Assembly: GCA_016182235.1 (NCBI GenBank)
Contig: JACOXT010000003.1
Location: 66,209 to 130,208, forward strand
Length of the DNA stretch: 64,000 nucleotides
Source: Candidatus Levyibacteriota bacterium
GTDB taxonomy: Bacteria > Patescibacteriota > Microgenomatia > Levybacterales > UBA12049
Direction: 5' to 3'
In this document: piece after piece, positions 8,096-17,489 of the stretch
Position numbering within the stretch: position 1 is the stretch's first letter
Layout: every line of letters starts with the position of its first letter
Notes under the pieces: model-generated
Told to the model about the DNA's origin: nothing
The model's input: the letters and a program-made list of their open reading frames with translations, nothing else
The model's database searches: none
Made by a program: the position numbers and the translations under genes

Positions 8096-9589
8096 TTATA
8101 GTTTCTCCGTGACTTTATACTCAAGCTTCTTTCCGAACATTAGTCGAGTATGAGAGATTAAGGCGGGAAGAGTGGAAAGAAATAATCCAACTATCGGTAA
8201 AAATACAAATTCTAATGGAAAAAGATATTTTCTAATTTTAGACGAGGTTATATTTTTTGGTCTGTTTTGAAAGTCAATAAATATCATAGCAAGAGTTGCG
8301 ACTAGACAAAAAGTTAAGATAAGCCCAGCCAAACTTGGCAGTTTGTATCCGAGAGTGGTTCTTGAAAAAACTGGATTTATAAATGTAATTATGTTTGCGG
8401 CTACTGTTATGATAAACCAATTGACTGGCCAAAGAAAGTGGTCTAATAGTACATAAAAGAGCATCACTGTTTTTCTAAAGAACGGAACATTGGGAACAGT
8501 AAACCACCACTTAATAAATAGAGGATCGTCAGACACGCCCCATGACCATCTCTGTTCTTGATGATATTTGTTTTTTAAACTTTTCAAATAGTTTGATGAA
8601 TAAGGAGAATCCATAGATGTTCTTAGGAATATTGGTTTTGTCCACACGTTTCCATGTAACATGTAAAACGCCTTAAAAAAGATTCTGTAGTCTTCGGGAA
8701 TAACGTCTGTATCCCAGAAACCTATTTTTTTTAAGAGATTAAAAGATAAAGAATATGTGGAGTTTGATATTAGCCTGTCGCCTTGGACTAATACCGCAGT
8801 TCTCCAAAGACTGCCGAAAAAAGAGATAATTCTAATTGGGGCTGGCACACGCCAGAAATTATTATAATTTACATTTGCCGACTGCCAGAATTTATTGTAA
8901 GGAAGGGGATCATTTAAGAATTCAAAAGTGAGATATGAAAAGTATTGTCTATCGAACATAGAATCTGCATCAACAGAAGAAACAGTGGCATAATTTATAT
9001 CTATAATATTCGTTTCTACGAGTTTTTGGTAAGCCTCTTTTCCTGCATAGGCTTGGTTAGAGGATTTTCCTTTTACTTCACCAGTGATATCGGGATGAAA
9101 TGTCGCAAGAATCCCTCCAAAGATATTTTTAAACTCGTTCACTAAAATATTTGCTTTTTCTTCGGCATGGCTTTCTCTTTGTTCCATTCCCAAAACAACA
9201 AAGAGACGTTTCGTGGGAAATGTCTGAGTGGAGATAGATCGTAATGTCTCTCTAAGTTTTTGTAAATTTTCTGTATAATTTGGAATTATTATGACATGCG
9301 TAACTTTTTCAAAATTTTTGATTTTTCTTGCTTTTTCCAGCCAATTTTCTGATTCTCCCTTTCTTATTTTCCTCGAAGCAATAAAAGCGGAAATGGCAAG
9401 AGAAAAAGATTTATAGAGCCAATAAACATCAAAAAAAAGAATAAAATAAGCAACAACGAAAGGAATAATAAGAGATCCCCAAATCGGAAAAAGAATTAAA
9501 GTCCACGAAACCAACGCTGGCATCATTTCTAAAATTCTCTTTGTTTTTGTTGGATAACGCGTAAATATTTTATGGAAAAAGTTAGTCAT
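8096..9589 (-). CDS. Membrane-embedded family 2 glycosyltransferase with QxxRW motif (processive synthase-like)
   Basis: VTHVIIIPNYTE, SVDADS and HQEQRWSWG are present, with TM helices at both ends. Confidence 0.75.
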   Translation of the reverse strand: MTNFFHKIFTRYPTKTKRILEMMPALVSWTLILFPIWGSLIIPFVVAYFILFFDVYWLYKSFSLAISAFIASRKIRKGESENWLEKARKIKNFEKVTHVIIIPNYTENLQKLRETLRSISTQTFPTKRLFVVLGMEQRESHAEEKANILVNEFKNIFGGILATFHPDITGEVKGKSSNQAYAGKEAYQKLVETNIIDINYATVSSVDADSMFDRQYFSYLTFEFLNDPLPYNKFWQSANVNYNNFWRVPAPIRIISFFGSLWRTAVLVQGDRLISNSTYSLSFNLLKKIGFWDTDVIPEDYRIFFKAFYMLHGNVWTKPIFLRTSMDSPYSSNYLKSLKNKYHQEQRWSWGVSDDPLFIKWWFTVPNVPFFRKTVMLFYVLLDHFLWPVNWFIITVAANIITFINPVFSRTTLGYKLPSLAGLILTFCLVATLAMIFIDFQNRPKNITSSKIRKYLFPLEFVFLPIVGLFLSTLPALISHTRLMFGKKLEYKVTEKL

Positions 9590-10380
9590 ATCGAAAATAT
9601 CTTTTTTACATTTTTGGTTGTTTGATTTCTTAATTTGTCAAAATTTATACCTCTTAGTTTTGAGATAAATTCACCAATAATTATAACATATTCCGGCCTA
9701 TTTTTGACTCCACGCATAGGCTCAGGTGTCAAGAATGGACTGTCAGTTTCCGTTACAATTCTATCAAGGGGAGCATAAGAAACTAGCTCTTTTAGCTCAA
9801 CTGTTTCCCCTGGAGCAAGGCCACTATAAGTTATATTTCCGTCAAAGCCAATATAGAATCCAAGGTCTAACACTTTTTTGAGGGAATCCAAATCTCCTGA
9901 CATACAGTGGAACATGCCAGGGGGATTTAGGAGATATGGTTTATGATTTTCTAGTATATCGAGTATATCTTTGCCTGCGAGGCGGTTATGGATTTGCAAT
10001 GGTAATTTTAGCTTGTTGGCAAGTATAATTTGCTTTATAAATGTTTCTTTTTGAAGCTTAGGATCAACTATTGAGTTTGATTTGTATCTAAAATAATCTA
10101 TTCCTATCTCGCCAATTGCCACAACTTTTGGATTTTTCGCCAGCTTTTCAAGCTCAAGCTCCCATCCAGCCTCAAGTTTGTCCGCATGGTGGGGGTGAAC
10201 TCCAACTATTGCGTAAAGTTGGGGGTATTTTTGAGCCATCTCAACAGCTCTAAAACTTGAATCAATCTTTGTTCCTACATTAATAATTTTCGTTACCCCA
10301 GCTTTAAACGCACTCTTAATAACTTCATCGTAGTCTTTTTCAAAAGCATGAAAGTTCAAATGACAATGAACGTCAATCAT
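9586..10380 (-). CDS. tatD: TatD-family metal-dependent hydrolase
   Basis: MIDVHCHLNF..., GVHPHHA, GEIGIDY, ETDSPFLTP. Confidence 0.9.
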   Translation of the reverse strand: MIDVHCHLNFHAFEKDYDEVIKSAFKAGVTKIINVGTKIDSSFRAVEMAQKYPQLYAIVGVHPHHADKLEAGWELELEKLAKNPKVVAIGEIGIDYFRYKSNSIVDPKLQKETFIKQIILANKLKLPLQIHNRLAGKDILDILENHKPYLLNPPGMFHCMSGDLDSLKKVLDLGFYIGFDGNITYSGLAPGETVELKELVSYAPLDRIVTETDSPFLTPEPMRGVKNRPEYVIIIGEFISKLRGINFDKLRNQTTKNVKKIFSI

Positions 10381-10397
10381 AAATCCATTATATCAGC

Positions 10398-10436
10398 TTA
10401 AATTCTCGGAAATAGAGGTTTTTGGGAGCTTAGCAT
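10398..10436 (-). pseudogene. Displaced relic of the metG 3' end (MLSSQKPLFPRI*)
   Basis: Bases 10402-10428 match metG 10867-10893 at 26/27 nt. The peptide SQKPLFPRI plus stop is identical and the only differences are synonymous (cca/ccg, ata/att). Weaker homology continues to about 10470. Confidence 0.85.
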
Positions 10437-10461
10437 GAGGTCGGAAGCTACAATTTCCTCT

Positions 10462-10866
10462 TTAATCGATTAGATTTTTCTTTTTTAGATCGGCGAAAAT
10501 AATGTAATCAACGGGAGATAGTAGTTCTTTGGTCGTTGAGTCAAAAAAATCTATTTTCCCAATTTCATTACTTGCCTTGAACGTTCCTTCAAAATCTGAA
10601 GTGTAGCAAGTCATTCTAACTTTTACTCCGATTGGTTTACCGTGAGCTTGAGCTCCAAAAGTTCCGTAATGACTAATAGTTTCTGGTTTTAAATCAACTG
10701 ACAATTCCTCTTTTACTTCCCGAGTCAGTGCTTCAATATCAGATTCTTTGTTCTCTCTTTTTCCGCCAGGAATATACCATACATTTTTTCCAATACTTAG
10801 AGTAACAAGAATCTTTTTGTCTTTAATGAAAATAAATGCAAGTTTGTCTATGTATTTTTTGTTCAT
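10462..10866 (-). CDS. NUDIX hydrolase
   Basis: The Nudix box is GGKRENKESDIEALTREVKEELSV. Its ATG overlaps the metG stop (ATGA). Confidence 0.85.
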   Translation of the reverse strand: MNKKYIDKLAFIFIKDKKILVTLSIGKNVWYIPGGKRENKESDIEALTREVKEELSVDLKPETISHYGTFGAQAHGKPIGVKVRMTCYTSDFEGTFKASNEIGKIDFFDSTTKELLSPVDYIIFADLKKKNLID

Positions 10867-12284
10867 ATTCTTGGAAATAGAGGTTTTTGGGAGACAATCT
10901 TTGACTCTTTAAATTGTTCTTCAATTTTTTTTGAGGTTTCCGGAAGGAAAGGTTTTAATTCAAAGGCAATGTTAATTATATTATTAACAATTGACTGAAG
11001 AAATTGTTTTAGTTTTTCCTTTTCTTTGATTTTCCAAGGCTCCTTCTTATTGATTTGTTGATCAAGTTTTCGTATTTCGTTCCAAATATTTTCTAAAATT
11101 TCATTGAATTTAAAACCCTCAATAGCTTTTTTATAATCTTCAGAAAACTTTGGGGTAGGAGATAGCTTTAAAATTACCCTCTCGCATAGTTTCGCAACAC
11201 GAGCCACTAAATTTCCCAGTCCGTTTGCCAAATCCGCATTGTAAGTTTCTTTTAATTTTTCTTCAGAAAAGTCTCCGTCAGAAAAAGGAGAAACTTTGGC
11301 AAGTAAATAATACCTTAAGGCGTCAGCGCCATATTTTTCAATCAATGGGATTGGATCAATTACGTTCCCAGTAGTTTTTGACATTTTCTGTCCATTTACA
11401 GTTATGTATTCATGGACGAATAGTTTTTTGGGCAAGTTCAATCCAGCAGAAAGAAGAAACGCCGGCCAATATATCGCATGAAATCGAAGAATACCTTTTC
11501 CGATTACATGAAGATCCGCCGGCCACCATTTATTGTATTTTTTTTCATCTAAAGCAAATCCCACCCCAGACTGATAGATGTTTAAAGCATCAAACCAAAC
11601 ATACATTCTTTGTGTTGGATCATTTGGAACACGCACTCCCCAATTTCTTGCTCTTTCATTGGATCTTGAGATACTAATATCCTTGAGACCTTGTTTTATA
11701 AACGAAAGAGCTTCATTTTTTCTCCTATCAGGAATTATTTGAAATTCTCCAGATTTTATAATATTTTCTATTTGTTCTTGATATTTTGAGAGTTTAAAAA
11801 AATAATTTTCCTCAGAAACTTCTTCAAGTTTTTTTCCCGGATGCTCAAAGCATTCTCTATCTTTATCAAGCTCCTCTTCTCCATAAAAAAGCTCACAGCC
11901 AACGCAATAAAGTCCTTTATAGGATTGTTTGTATATATCTCCTTTTTTCAAACACAATTCCCAAAGTTTTTGCGATGATGAGTGATGCTTGGGGTCACTT
12001 CCCTTTTGCCAGACATCAAATTCAACATTCAATTTTCTAGAAAGTTCATGAAAGATGGCAGAATTCTCATCGACAAATTCCTGAATCGGTCTTTTTGCTT
12101 TCTCTGCCGCCTGAACGTTTTTAATCGCGTTCTCATCTCCGCCGCACAAAAGAAGCGTCTCGTCTCCAAGTAATCGATGATATCTTGCTATCGTATCTGA
12201 CTGCACAAATTCCAATGCATGGCCAATGTGAGGCTTTGCGTTTACATACGGAATAGCGTTTGTTATATAAAATTTATTATTCAC
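10863..12284 (-). CDS. metG: Methionine--tRNA ligase (core enzyme, no C-terminal tRNA-binding domain)
   Basis: HIGH motif (PHIGHALE), KMSKT motif (QKMSKTTGNV), 473 aa. Confidence 0.95.
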   Translation of the reverse strand: MNNKFYITNAIPYVNAKPHIGHALEFVQSDTIARYHRLLGDETLLLCGGDENAIKNVQAAEKAKRPIQEFVDENSAIFHELSRKLNVEFDVWQKGSDPKHHSSSQKLWELCLKKGDIYKQSYKGLYCVGCELFYGEEELDKDRECFEHPGKKLEEVSEENYFFKLSKYQEQIENIIKSGEFQIIPDRRKNEALSFIKQGLKDISISRSNERARNWGVRVPNDPTQRMYVWFDALNIYQSGVGFALDEKKYNKWWPADLHVIGKGILRFHAIYWPAFLLSAGLNLPKKLFVHEYITVNGQKMSKTTGNVIDPIPLIEKYGADALRYYLLAKVSPFSDGDFSEEKLKETYNADLANGLGNLVARVAKLCERVILKLSPTPKFSEDYKKAIEGFKFNEILENIWNEIRKLDQQINKKEPWKIKEKEKLKQFLQSIVNNIINIAFELKPFLPETSKKIEEQFKESKIVSQKPLFPRI

Positions 12285-12301
12285 CTCTTGATTTTATCAG
12301 A

Positions 12302-12655
12302 TTAGCGCTGTCTTATGAAGAAGACTTCGATAGTTAGAAAAAGAATAATAAGAAGAATAATAAAATAAGTTTGGGTTAGATGGAAAAAACGTAAAAGAAG
12401 GTAAGATGTTAAAAATAAAGCTATAAATAATCCTCTTCGTGAATTGTTAGATAGATAAGTAGAGAAAGAGAAAGCAAGAATAAAGATAAGAATAAAAAAG
12501 AGAAGAGGTATTGGGTATTGATTATTGAGAATTAAGTATTTTTGTGATGGGTCAAATTTTAGAATTAAGTAAAAAAGACCGGTAAATGTCAAAAGACTAA
12601 TGACTAATAGCCAAAAAGGCCTTTTCTTGCGGCGCATATATTTCAAGTTTAACAT
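12302..12655 (-). CDS. Small integral membrane protein, unknown function
   Basis: A 117-aa ORF with three long hydrophobic segments and a basic N-terminus. Confidence 0.5.
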   Translation of the reverse strand: MLNLKYMRRKKRPFWLLVISLLTFTGLFYLILKFDPSQKYLILNNQYPIPLLFFILIFILAFSFSTYLSNNSRRGLFIALFLTSYLLLRFFHLTQTYFIILLIILFLTIEVFFIRQR

Positions 12656-12675
12656 ACTTATTTTTTAATTCCTTC

Positions 12676-12890
12676 TTGATCCCGCTACAACGCTTACTTG
12701 CTTTCATGGTTTACGTCTATACCTCGCAAGAGCACATGTACGGAATCTGCGGGGTAAAGTGTGCGAAGCTCTACTTTCACCCCTTGATCACGTTTAGCCT
12801 TTGCCGTTCGCCTTTTCAGTATTATTCATACACGGCTCTCAGAGCGGCTTTGACGTGGTCTTCGCCCCAACTGCGAAGACAGTTTGGGGC
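12676..12890. other. GC-rich non-coding block with several stable hairpins; candidate structured RNA of unknown class, strand unresolved
   Basis: By eye, roughly half of this block is G+C while the flanks are AT-rich. Hairpins occur at 12751-12783 (10 bp with one bulge) and 12831-12857, and two mutually exclusive hairpins lie at 12858-12880 and 12864-12890. The only ORF here (72 aa, TTG start) has an implausible composition. Confidence 0.3.
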
Positions 12891-12927
12891 TTGACAAGTA
12901 TTAGCAGTCGTGTTATATTATTGCTAA
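12891..12927 (+). promoter_or_regulatory. hrcA promoter overlapped by a CIRCE operator
   Basis: TTGACA lies at 12891-12896 and the -10 TATATT at 12914-12919. The CIRCE is TTAGCAgTC-N9-tAtTGCTAA at 12901-12927 (consensus TTAGCACTC-N9-GAGTGCTAA). Confidence 0.8.
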
Positions 12928-12929
12928 TC

Positions 12930-13658
12930 ATGAATGATTTGACACAAAGACAAGTTGAGATCCTAAGAAGTTTAATTGAAGAATATATTGCAACAGCAGA
13001 ACCTGTTGGTTCTGAAACGCTTGAAAAAAAGTATAACCTTTCATCCTCCCCTGCGACCATAAGAAATGAGATGGTGGCGCTCACCAAGCTTGGTTATCTT
13101 AAGAAAACTCATACGTCTTCCGGCCGCGCTCCAACTCCAACTGGCATGAAATTTTATGTTAAGCAACTAATGAAAGAAAAAGATATTTCTATAACAGAGG
13201 AAACAGCGGTAAAAGAAAGTCTGTGGGATTATAGGGGCAAAGAAGAGCGTTTTCTAAGAGAAGTAACGAAATCTCTGGCCAATAAAACTAAAGCTCTTGC
13301 AATTGTTTCAACATCTGATGGGGATATTTATTGTTCGGGTTACGCAAATATCTTAGACATGCCTGAATTTTTTGATATTGATGTAACAAAGAGTTTGCTT
13401 TCAGCAATTGACGAATTCGAGGTATGCAGAAAATTTTTTGAGAATATAGATGCCGATGATGTTCAGGTGCTTTTGGGCGATGAACTGGGTCCTACTCTAC
13501 AAGGTCCGTATGGATTTGTTTTTACGCATTATAAAACTCCAATGAGGTTGACTGGCGAGGTTGGGGTTTTGGGTCCAAGCAGACTTAATTACACACAAAT
13601 TGTCCCAACTGTCAGATACTTTGGGGATCTGATTGGAAAAATTGCCAGCGGATGGTAG
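12930..13658 (+). CDS. hrcA: Heat-inducible transcription repressor HrcA (compact, 242 aa)
   Basis: It starts MNDLTQRQVEILRSLIEEYIATAEPVGSETL...SSPATIRNEM, the winged-helix N-terminus of HrcA. The ORF-track start 12801 would run through the CIRCE and promoter. Confidence 0.9.
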   Translation: MNDLTQRQVEILRSLIEEYIATAEPVGSETLEKKYNLSSSPATIRNEMVALTKLGYLKKTHTSSGRAPTPTGMKFYVKQLMKEKDISITEETAVKESLWDYRGKEERFLREVTKSLANKTKALAIVSTSDGDIYCSGYANILDMPEFFDIDVTKSLLSAIDEFEVCRKFFENIDADDVQVLLGDELGPTLQGPYGFVFTHYKTPMRLTGEVGVLGPSRLNYTQIVPTVRYFGDLIGKIASGW

Positions 13659-13709
13659 TTCGCCTGCTGGCGAAATTAAAAATTAAAAGTGGAAAATTAA
13701 AAATTAGGT

Positions 13710-14192
13710 ATGACAAAAGACGACGCAAAAATAAAAAAGGAGTCAGAGAAGACTAAAGAAGCTACGGAAGCAGAACTTTTAAAATATAAGATTGAAGAGT
13801 TAGAGAATCAGAATAAGCGTTTATTGGCGGATTATAGGAATTTGGAGAAAAGAGTAGAAAGTCAGAGGAAAGATTTGATTCTGAAAGCTAATAAACAGCT
13901 TATCTTGCAAATTCTTCCGATTTTAGATACGCTAATTTTTGCAGATAAACAGAGTAAAGGGCAGGATCAGACTTTAAATTTGATCATAAAACAATTTTTA
14001 GATATACTTAAACTTGAAGGCGTTGAAAAGATAAAAACACAGGGCGCAGATTTTGATCCGAACTTAATGGAGTGTATAGAGACAGTTGAGGGAGACGAGG
14101 GAAAAGTTATTGAAGAGACAAGGTCTGGTTATGCTTTATACGGAGAAACTCTTCGTCCTGCAGATGTTAGAATAGGAAAGAAAGGAAACTAA
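13710..14192 (+). CDS. grpE: Nucleotide exchange factor GrpE
   Basis: Coiled-coil N-terminus, [20 protein letters not shown], 160 aa, located between hrcA and dnaK. Confidence 0.93.
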   Translation: MTKDDAKIKKESEKTKEATEAELLKYKIEELENQNKRLLADYRNLEKRVESQRKDLILKANKQLILQILPILDTLIFADKQSKGQDQTLNLIIKQFLDILKLEGVEKIKTQGADFDPNLMECIETVEGDEGKVIEETRSGYALYGETLRPADVRIGKKGN

Positions 14193-14194
14193 TT

Positions 14195-16141
14195 ATGGGA
14201 AAAATTATAGGAATAGATTTAGGTACAACGAATTCGTGTGTCGCGGTAATGGAGGGAGGAAATCCCAAGGTAATTTATTCAGCAGAAGGACGTAATGTGA
14301 TCCCGTCTGTTGTGGATCCGATCTCACATGTAGTAGGAGATGTTGCTAAGCGTCAGCTTGTCCTTAAACCCAAAAGAACAATATTTTCTATAAAAAGATT
14401 AATGGGCCGTAAATTTCAGGATGCCTCAGTGCAATTTGATAAAAAATGGTTGCCTTATACAATTAAATCCGGCCGGGATGGAATGGCAGTTGTTGAGGTT
14501 GAAGGCCGGACTTTCACCCCTCAGGAAATTTCAGCACAAATTTTGCAGAAAATAAAAGGAGACGCGGAAAGCTATTTGGGTGGGAAGGTAACGCAAGCTG
14601 TTATTACTGTTCCGGCATATTTTGATGACTCACAGCGTCAAGCTACAAAACAAGCTGGAGAAATTGCGGGACTGGAGGTTCTTAGGATTATTAACGAACC
14701 AACAGCGTCAGCCCTTGCGTATGGCCTTGACAAGAAAAATGCCCATACGGTTGCGATTTATGATTTGGGAGGAGGGACATTTGACATCTCGGTTCTTGAA
14801 TTAGGGGAAGGAGTATATGAAGTAAAGTCAACAAACGGCGATACGCATTTGGGAGGAGATGATTTTGATCAAATAATTATAAATCATATTGCGGAGGAGT
14901 TCCAAAAACAGAATGGTGTGGATCTAAGACGCGATTCTCAGGCACTTCAGCGACTTAGGGAGTCAGCGGAAAAAGCAAAGATCGAACTATCAAGTTCTCA
15001 GCAAGCAGAAATTAACCAGCCTTTTATTACCCAAGGCAAAGAAGGCCCACTTCACTTGACAATGACTCTTACCCGGCCAACGCTTGAGAAATTGGTAGAT
15101 AGTCTTATTCAAAAAACCCTAAAGCCAGTTGAACAGGCGCTCAAAGACGCTAAGAAAAAAATCTCAGATATTGATGAAGTAGTTTTGGTTGGCGGAATGA
15201 CGAGGATGCCAAAAGTTATAGAAGCTGTCACAAAGTTTTTTGGCAAAGAACCTAATAAATCGGTTAATCCGGATGAAGTGGTTGCAGTTGGGGCAGCGGT
15301 TCAGGGTGGAGTTTTGGGAGGAGAAGTAAAAGATGTACTACTTCTTGACGTAACTCCTTTGACTTTGGGTTTAGAAACATTGGGCGGAGTTTCAACCCCT
15401 CTTATATCCAAAAATACAACAATACCAACTTCCAAATCCCAAGTATTTTCAACAGCTGCGGATAATCAGACGCAAGTTGAGATAAATGTTTTGCAAGGAG
15501 AGCGGCCTATGGCTCTGGATAACAAAAGCCTGGGACGGTTTATCTTAGATGGTATTCCGCCGGCGCCTCGTGGAGTCCCTCAGGTTGAAGTAACTTTTGA
15601 TATTGACGCAAGCGGAATTTTGAATGTAAAAGCCAAAGACAAGGCAACCGGAAAAGAACAAAGCATCAAGATTACTGGTTCAACCGGTCTTTCCAAAGAC
15701 GAAGTTGAAAGAATGACTAAAGAGGCAGAAGTCCATGCTCAGGAGGATCAAGAGAAAAAAGGAAAAATTGAGGCAAAAAATGCCGCAGATTCCTTAATTT
15801 TTACAGCTGAAAAATCACTAAAAGATGCTGGAGATAAAGTAGATTCAAGTCTGAAAAAAGAAGTTGAAGACAAGATTTCGGCTCTCAAATCAATTCTTGA
15901 TACTGGCACAAAAGAAGATTTGGAGGCAAAGTCAAAAGATTTATCAGATAGTCTTCAGAAAGTTGGTCAGGCAATGTATAGCTCATCGCAACAATCAGCT
16001 CCTAACTCACAACAAACAACTGGAGATGGTCAGCAAAGCGATAGCAAAGCCAGTCAAGGTCAGCAAACAGACAGTGAACCAAAAAACGAAGAGAAAAAGA
16101 AAGACAAAGAAGAACCAATCGAGGGGGAAGTGGTGAACTAA
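14195..16141 (+). CDS. dnaK: Molecular chaperone DnaK (Hsp70)
   Basis: [35 protein letters not shown], 648 aa. Confidence 0.98.
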   Translation: MGKIIGIDLGTTNSCVAVMEGGNPKVIYSAEGRNVIPSVVDPISHVVGDVAKRQLVLKPKRTIFSIKRLMGRKFQDASVQFDKKWLPYTIKSGRDGMAVVEVEGRTFTPQEISAQILQKIKGDAESYLGGKVTQAVITVPAYFDDSQRQATKQAGEIAGLEVLRIINEPTASALAYGLDKKNAHTVAIYDLGGGTFDISVLELGEGVYEVKSTNGDTHLGGDDFDQIIINHIAEEFQKQNGVDLRRDSQALQRLRESAEKAKIELSSSQQAEINQPFITQGKEGPLHLTMTLTRPTLEKLVDSLIQKTLKPVEQALKDAKKKISDIDEVVLVGGMTRMPKVIEAVTKFFGKEPNKSVNPDEVVAVGAAVQGGVLGGEVKDVLLLDVTPLTLGLETLGGVSTPLISKNTTIPTSKSQVFSTAADNQTQVEINVLQGERPMALDNKSLGRFILDGIPPAPRGVPQVEVTFDIDASGILNVKAKDKATGKEQSIKITGSTGLSKDEVERMTKEAEVHAQEDQEKKGKIEAKNAADSLIFTAEKSLKDAGDKVDSSLKKEVEDKISALKSILDTGTKEDLEAKSKDLSDSLQKVGQAMYSSSQQSAPNSQQTTGDGQQSDSKASQGQQTDSEPKNEEKKKDKEEPIEGEVVN

Positions 16142-16146
16142 CGGAG

Positions 16147-16227
16147 AGATTTAAGATATAAGATTTATGATTTATGAATTCTATATCTATTCTTAAATCT
16201 TTAATCGTAAATCATAAATCATAAATC
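16147..16227. repeat. Interleaved AT-rich inverted repeats (A-B-A'-B') between dnaK and dnaJ
   Basis: A (agatttaaga, 16147-16156) pairs with A' (16191-16200). B (gatttatgatttatga, 16162-16177) pairs perfectly with B' (16212-16227). The two stems cross. Confidence 0.7.
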
Positions 16228-16235
16228 ATGTTAGG

Positions 16236-16254
16236 GCGCGAGTGGCGCTTTTTT
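16236..16254 (+). terminator. Weak intrinsic terminator after dnaK
   Basis: GCGC-gagtg-GCGC followed by T6 (16249-16254). Confidence 0.45.
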
Positions 16255-16271
16255 AGTATAATAGGAAAACT

Positions 16272-17192
16272 ATGGCGGACAATAAAGATTATTATCAGTC
16301 TTTAGGAGTTTCAAAAACGGCAAATGCGGATGAAATAAAAAAGGCTTACAGAAAATTAGCTCTTCAATATCATCCGGATCGCAATAAATCAAAAGAAGCC
16401 GAAACCAAATTTAAAGAGGTAACAAAGGCTTACGAGGTATTGTCCGACCCTCAAAAAAAGCAGGCTTATGATCAATTTGGACATTCGGCGTTTGAACAAG
16501 GAGCGGGGCAAGGGCCATTCGGAGGGGCTGGACCATTTGGTGGAGGATTTGGCGGTGGTGGCCGAAGCGGCAGATACGGTCCATTTACCTATACCTACTC
16601 AACTTCTAGAGGAGGAGAAAATGAGGGATTTGATTTTGGGGGATTTACAGACCCCTTCGAAATATTTGAACAGTTTTTTGGAGGTCAATCGCCATTTGGC
16701 AGTCAGCGTCAAAGACGTCCTGTTTATTCGCTAACTATAGATTTTATGGAAGCTGTAAACGGAGTAACAAAACAAGTAACTATTGACGGGAAGACGCAAA
16801 CAATAAAAATCCCGGCAGGTGTTGATGATGGTTCGAGGATTCGTTTTGGAGAATATGATGTGGTTGTTGAAGTTACTCCGGATACAAGATTTCGTCGGGA
16901 GGGTTATGATGTTGTTGGGGAAAAGGAAATTTCTTTTGTGCAGGCAGCATTGGGAGATGAAGTGGAGGTTGAGACAATTCAGGGAAATGTGAAGCTTAAG
17001 ATTCCAGCAGGAACTCAGTCAGATAGTGTTATTCGACTTCGTCAAAAAGGCGTACCCCATATTCATGGCAGCGGTCGTGGGGATCACTATGTGAGAATAA
17101 AAGTCCCCGTTCCAAAACATCTCACCCGCCGCCAGAAAGATTTACTCAGGGAGTTTCAAGAAGAAGACTCTTCGAGGAAAGGATGGTTTTAA
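16272..17192 (+). CDS. dnaJ: DnaJ-family co-chaperone without the Cys-rich zinc-finger domain (class II / CbpA-like architecture)
   Basis: It has a J domain with HPD (YHPDRN), a G/F-rich linker and C-terminal beta domains, but no CxxCxGxG repeats. Confidence 0.9.
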   Translation: MADNKDYYQSLGVSKTANADEIKKAYRKLALQYHPDRNKSKEAETKFKEVTKAYEVLSDPQKKQAYDQFGHSAFEQGAGQGPFGGAGPFGGGFGGGGRSGRYGPFTYTYSTSRGGENEGFDFGGFTDPFEIFEQFFGGQSPFGSQRQRRPVYSLTIDFMEAVNGVTKQVTIDGKTQTIKIPAGVDDGSRIRFGEYDVVVEVTPDTRFRREGYDVVGEKEISFVQAALGDEVEVETIQGNVKLKIPAGTQSDSVIRLRQKGVPHIHGSGRGDHYVRIKVPVPKHLTRRQKDLLREFQEEDSSRKGWF

Positions 17193-17240
17193 GTTAATGA
17201 CATCTTGACATAAAGATGTCTTTATGCTAGTTTAATACTT

Positions 17241-17489
17241 ATGATTCGTACTACGGTAAGACTTGACGAAAATCTCTTTAAAGAAGCTCGTAAAGTGGCA
17301 ATTGATAAACGGATGGCATTTGCTGCTGTCGTACAAGAAGCGCTAAGTTTATATTTGGGCAAGCCAACCCGAGGGACAATTGCTAAAAAATTTACGAGTA
17401 ATGATTTTTTGCTTAAATTAACGGGTTATAAGCTTAAAGGGGGACCAAAAGATTTAGCCCGCAAACATGACAAGTATACGTGGGAATAA
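17241..17489 (+). CDS. VapB-type antitoxin
   Basis: MIRTTVRLDENLFKEARKVAIDKRM...VVQEALSLYL resembles the MRTTxxxDDxLxxEA VapB family. It overlaps the downstream PIN gene. Confidence 0.6.
   Translation: MIRTTVRLDENLFKEARKVAIDKRMAFAAVVQEALSLYLGKPTRGTIAKKFTSNDFLLKLTGYKLKGGPKDLARKHDKYTWE

Noticed and set aside
12676-12890. Attempted assignment as tmRNA, SRP RNA, RNase P RNA, 6S, 5S rRNA or a second T-box for metG
   Set aside because: None of the diagnostic motifs is present on either strand: no GGGG...CCACCA acceptor with T-arm, no GGAA/AGCA helix-8 motifs, no GAGGAAAGUCC, no UGGN T-box bulge with terminator, and no end-to-end 6S-like pairing. It is left as unknown.
12676-12894. 72-aa TTG-initiated ORF, and the 12801 upstream start for hrcA
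   Set aside because: Both read through the GC-rich non-coding block, the hrcA promoter and the CIRCE operator. The HrcA homology begins at ATG 12930.
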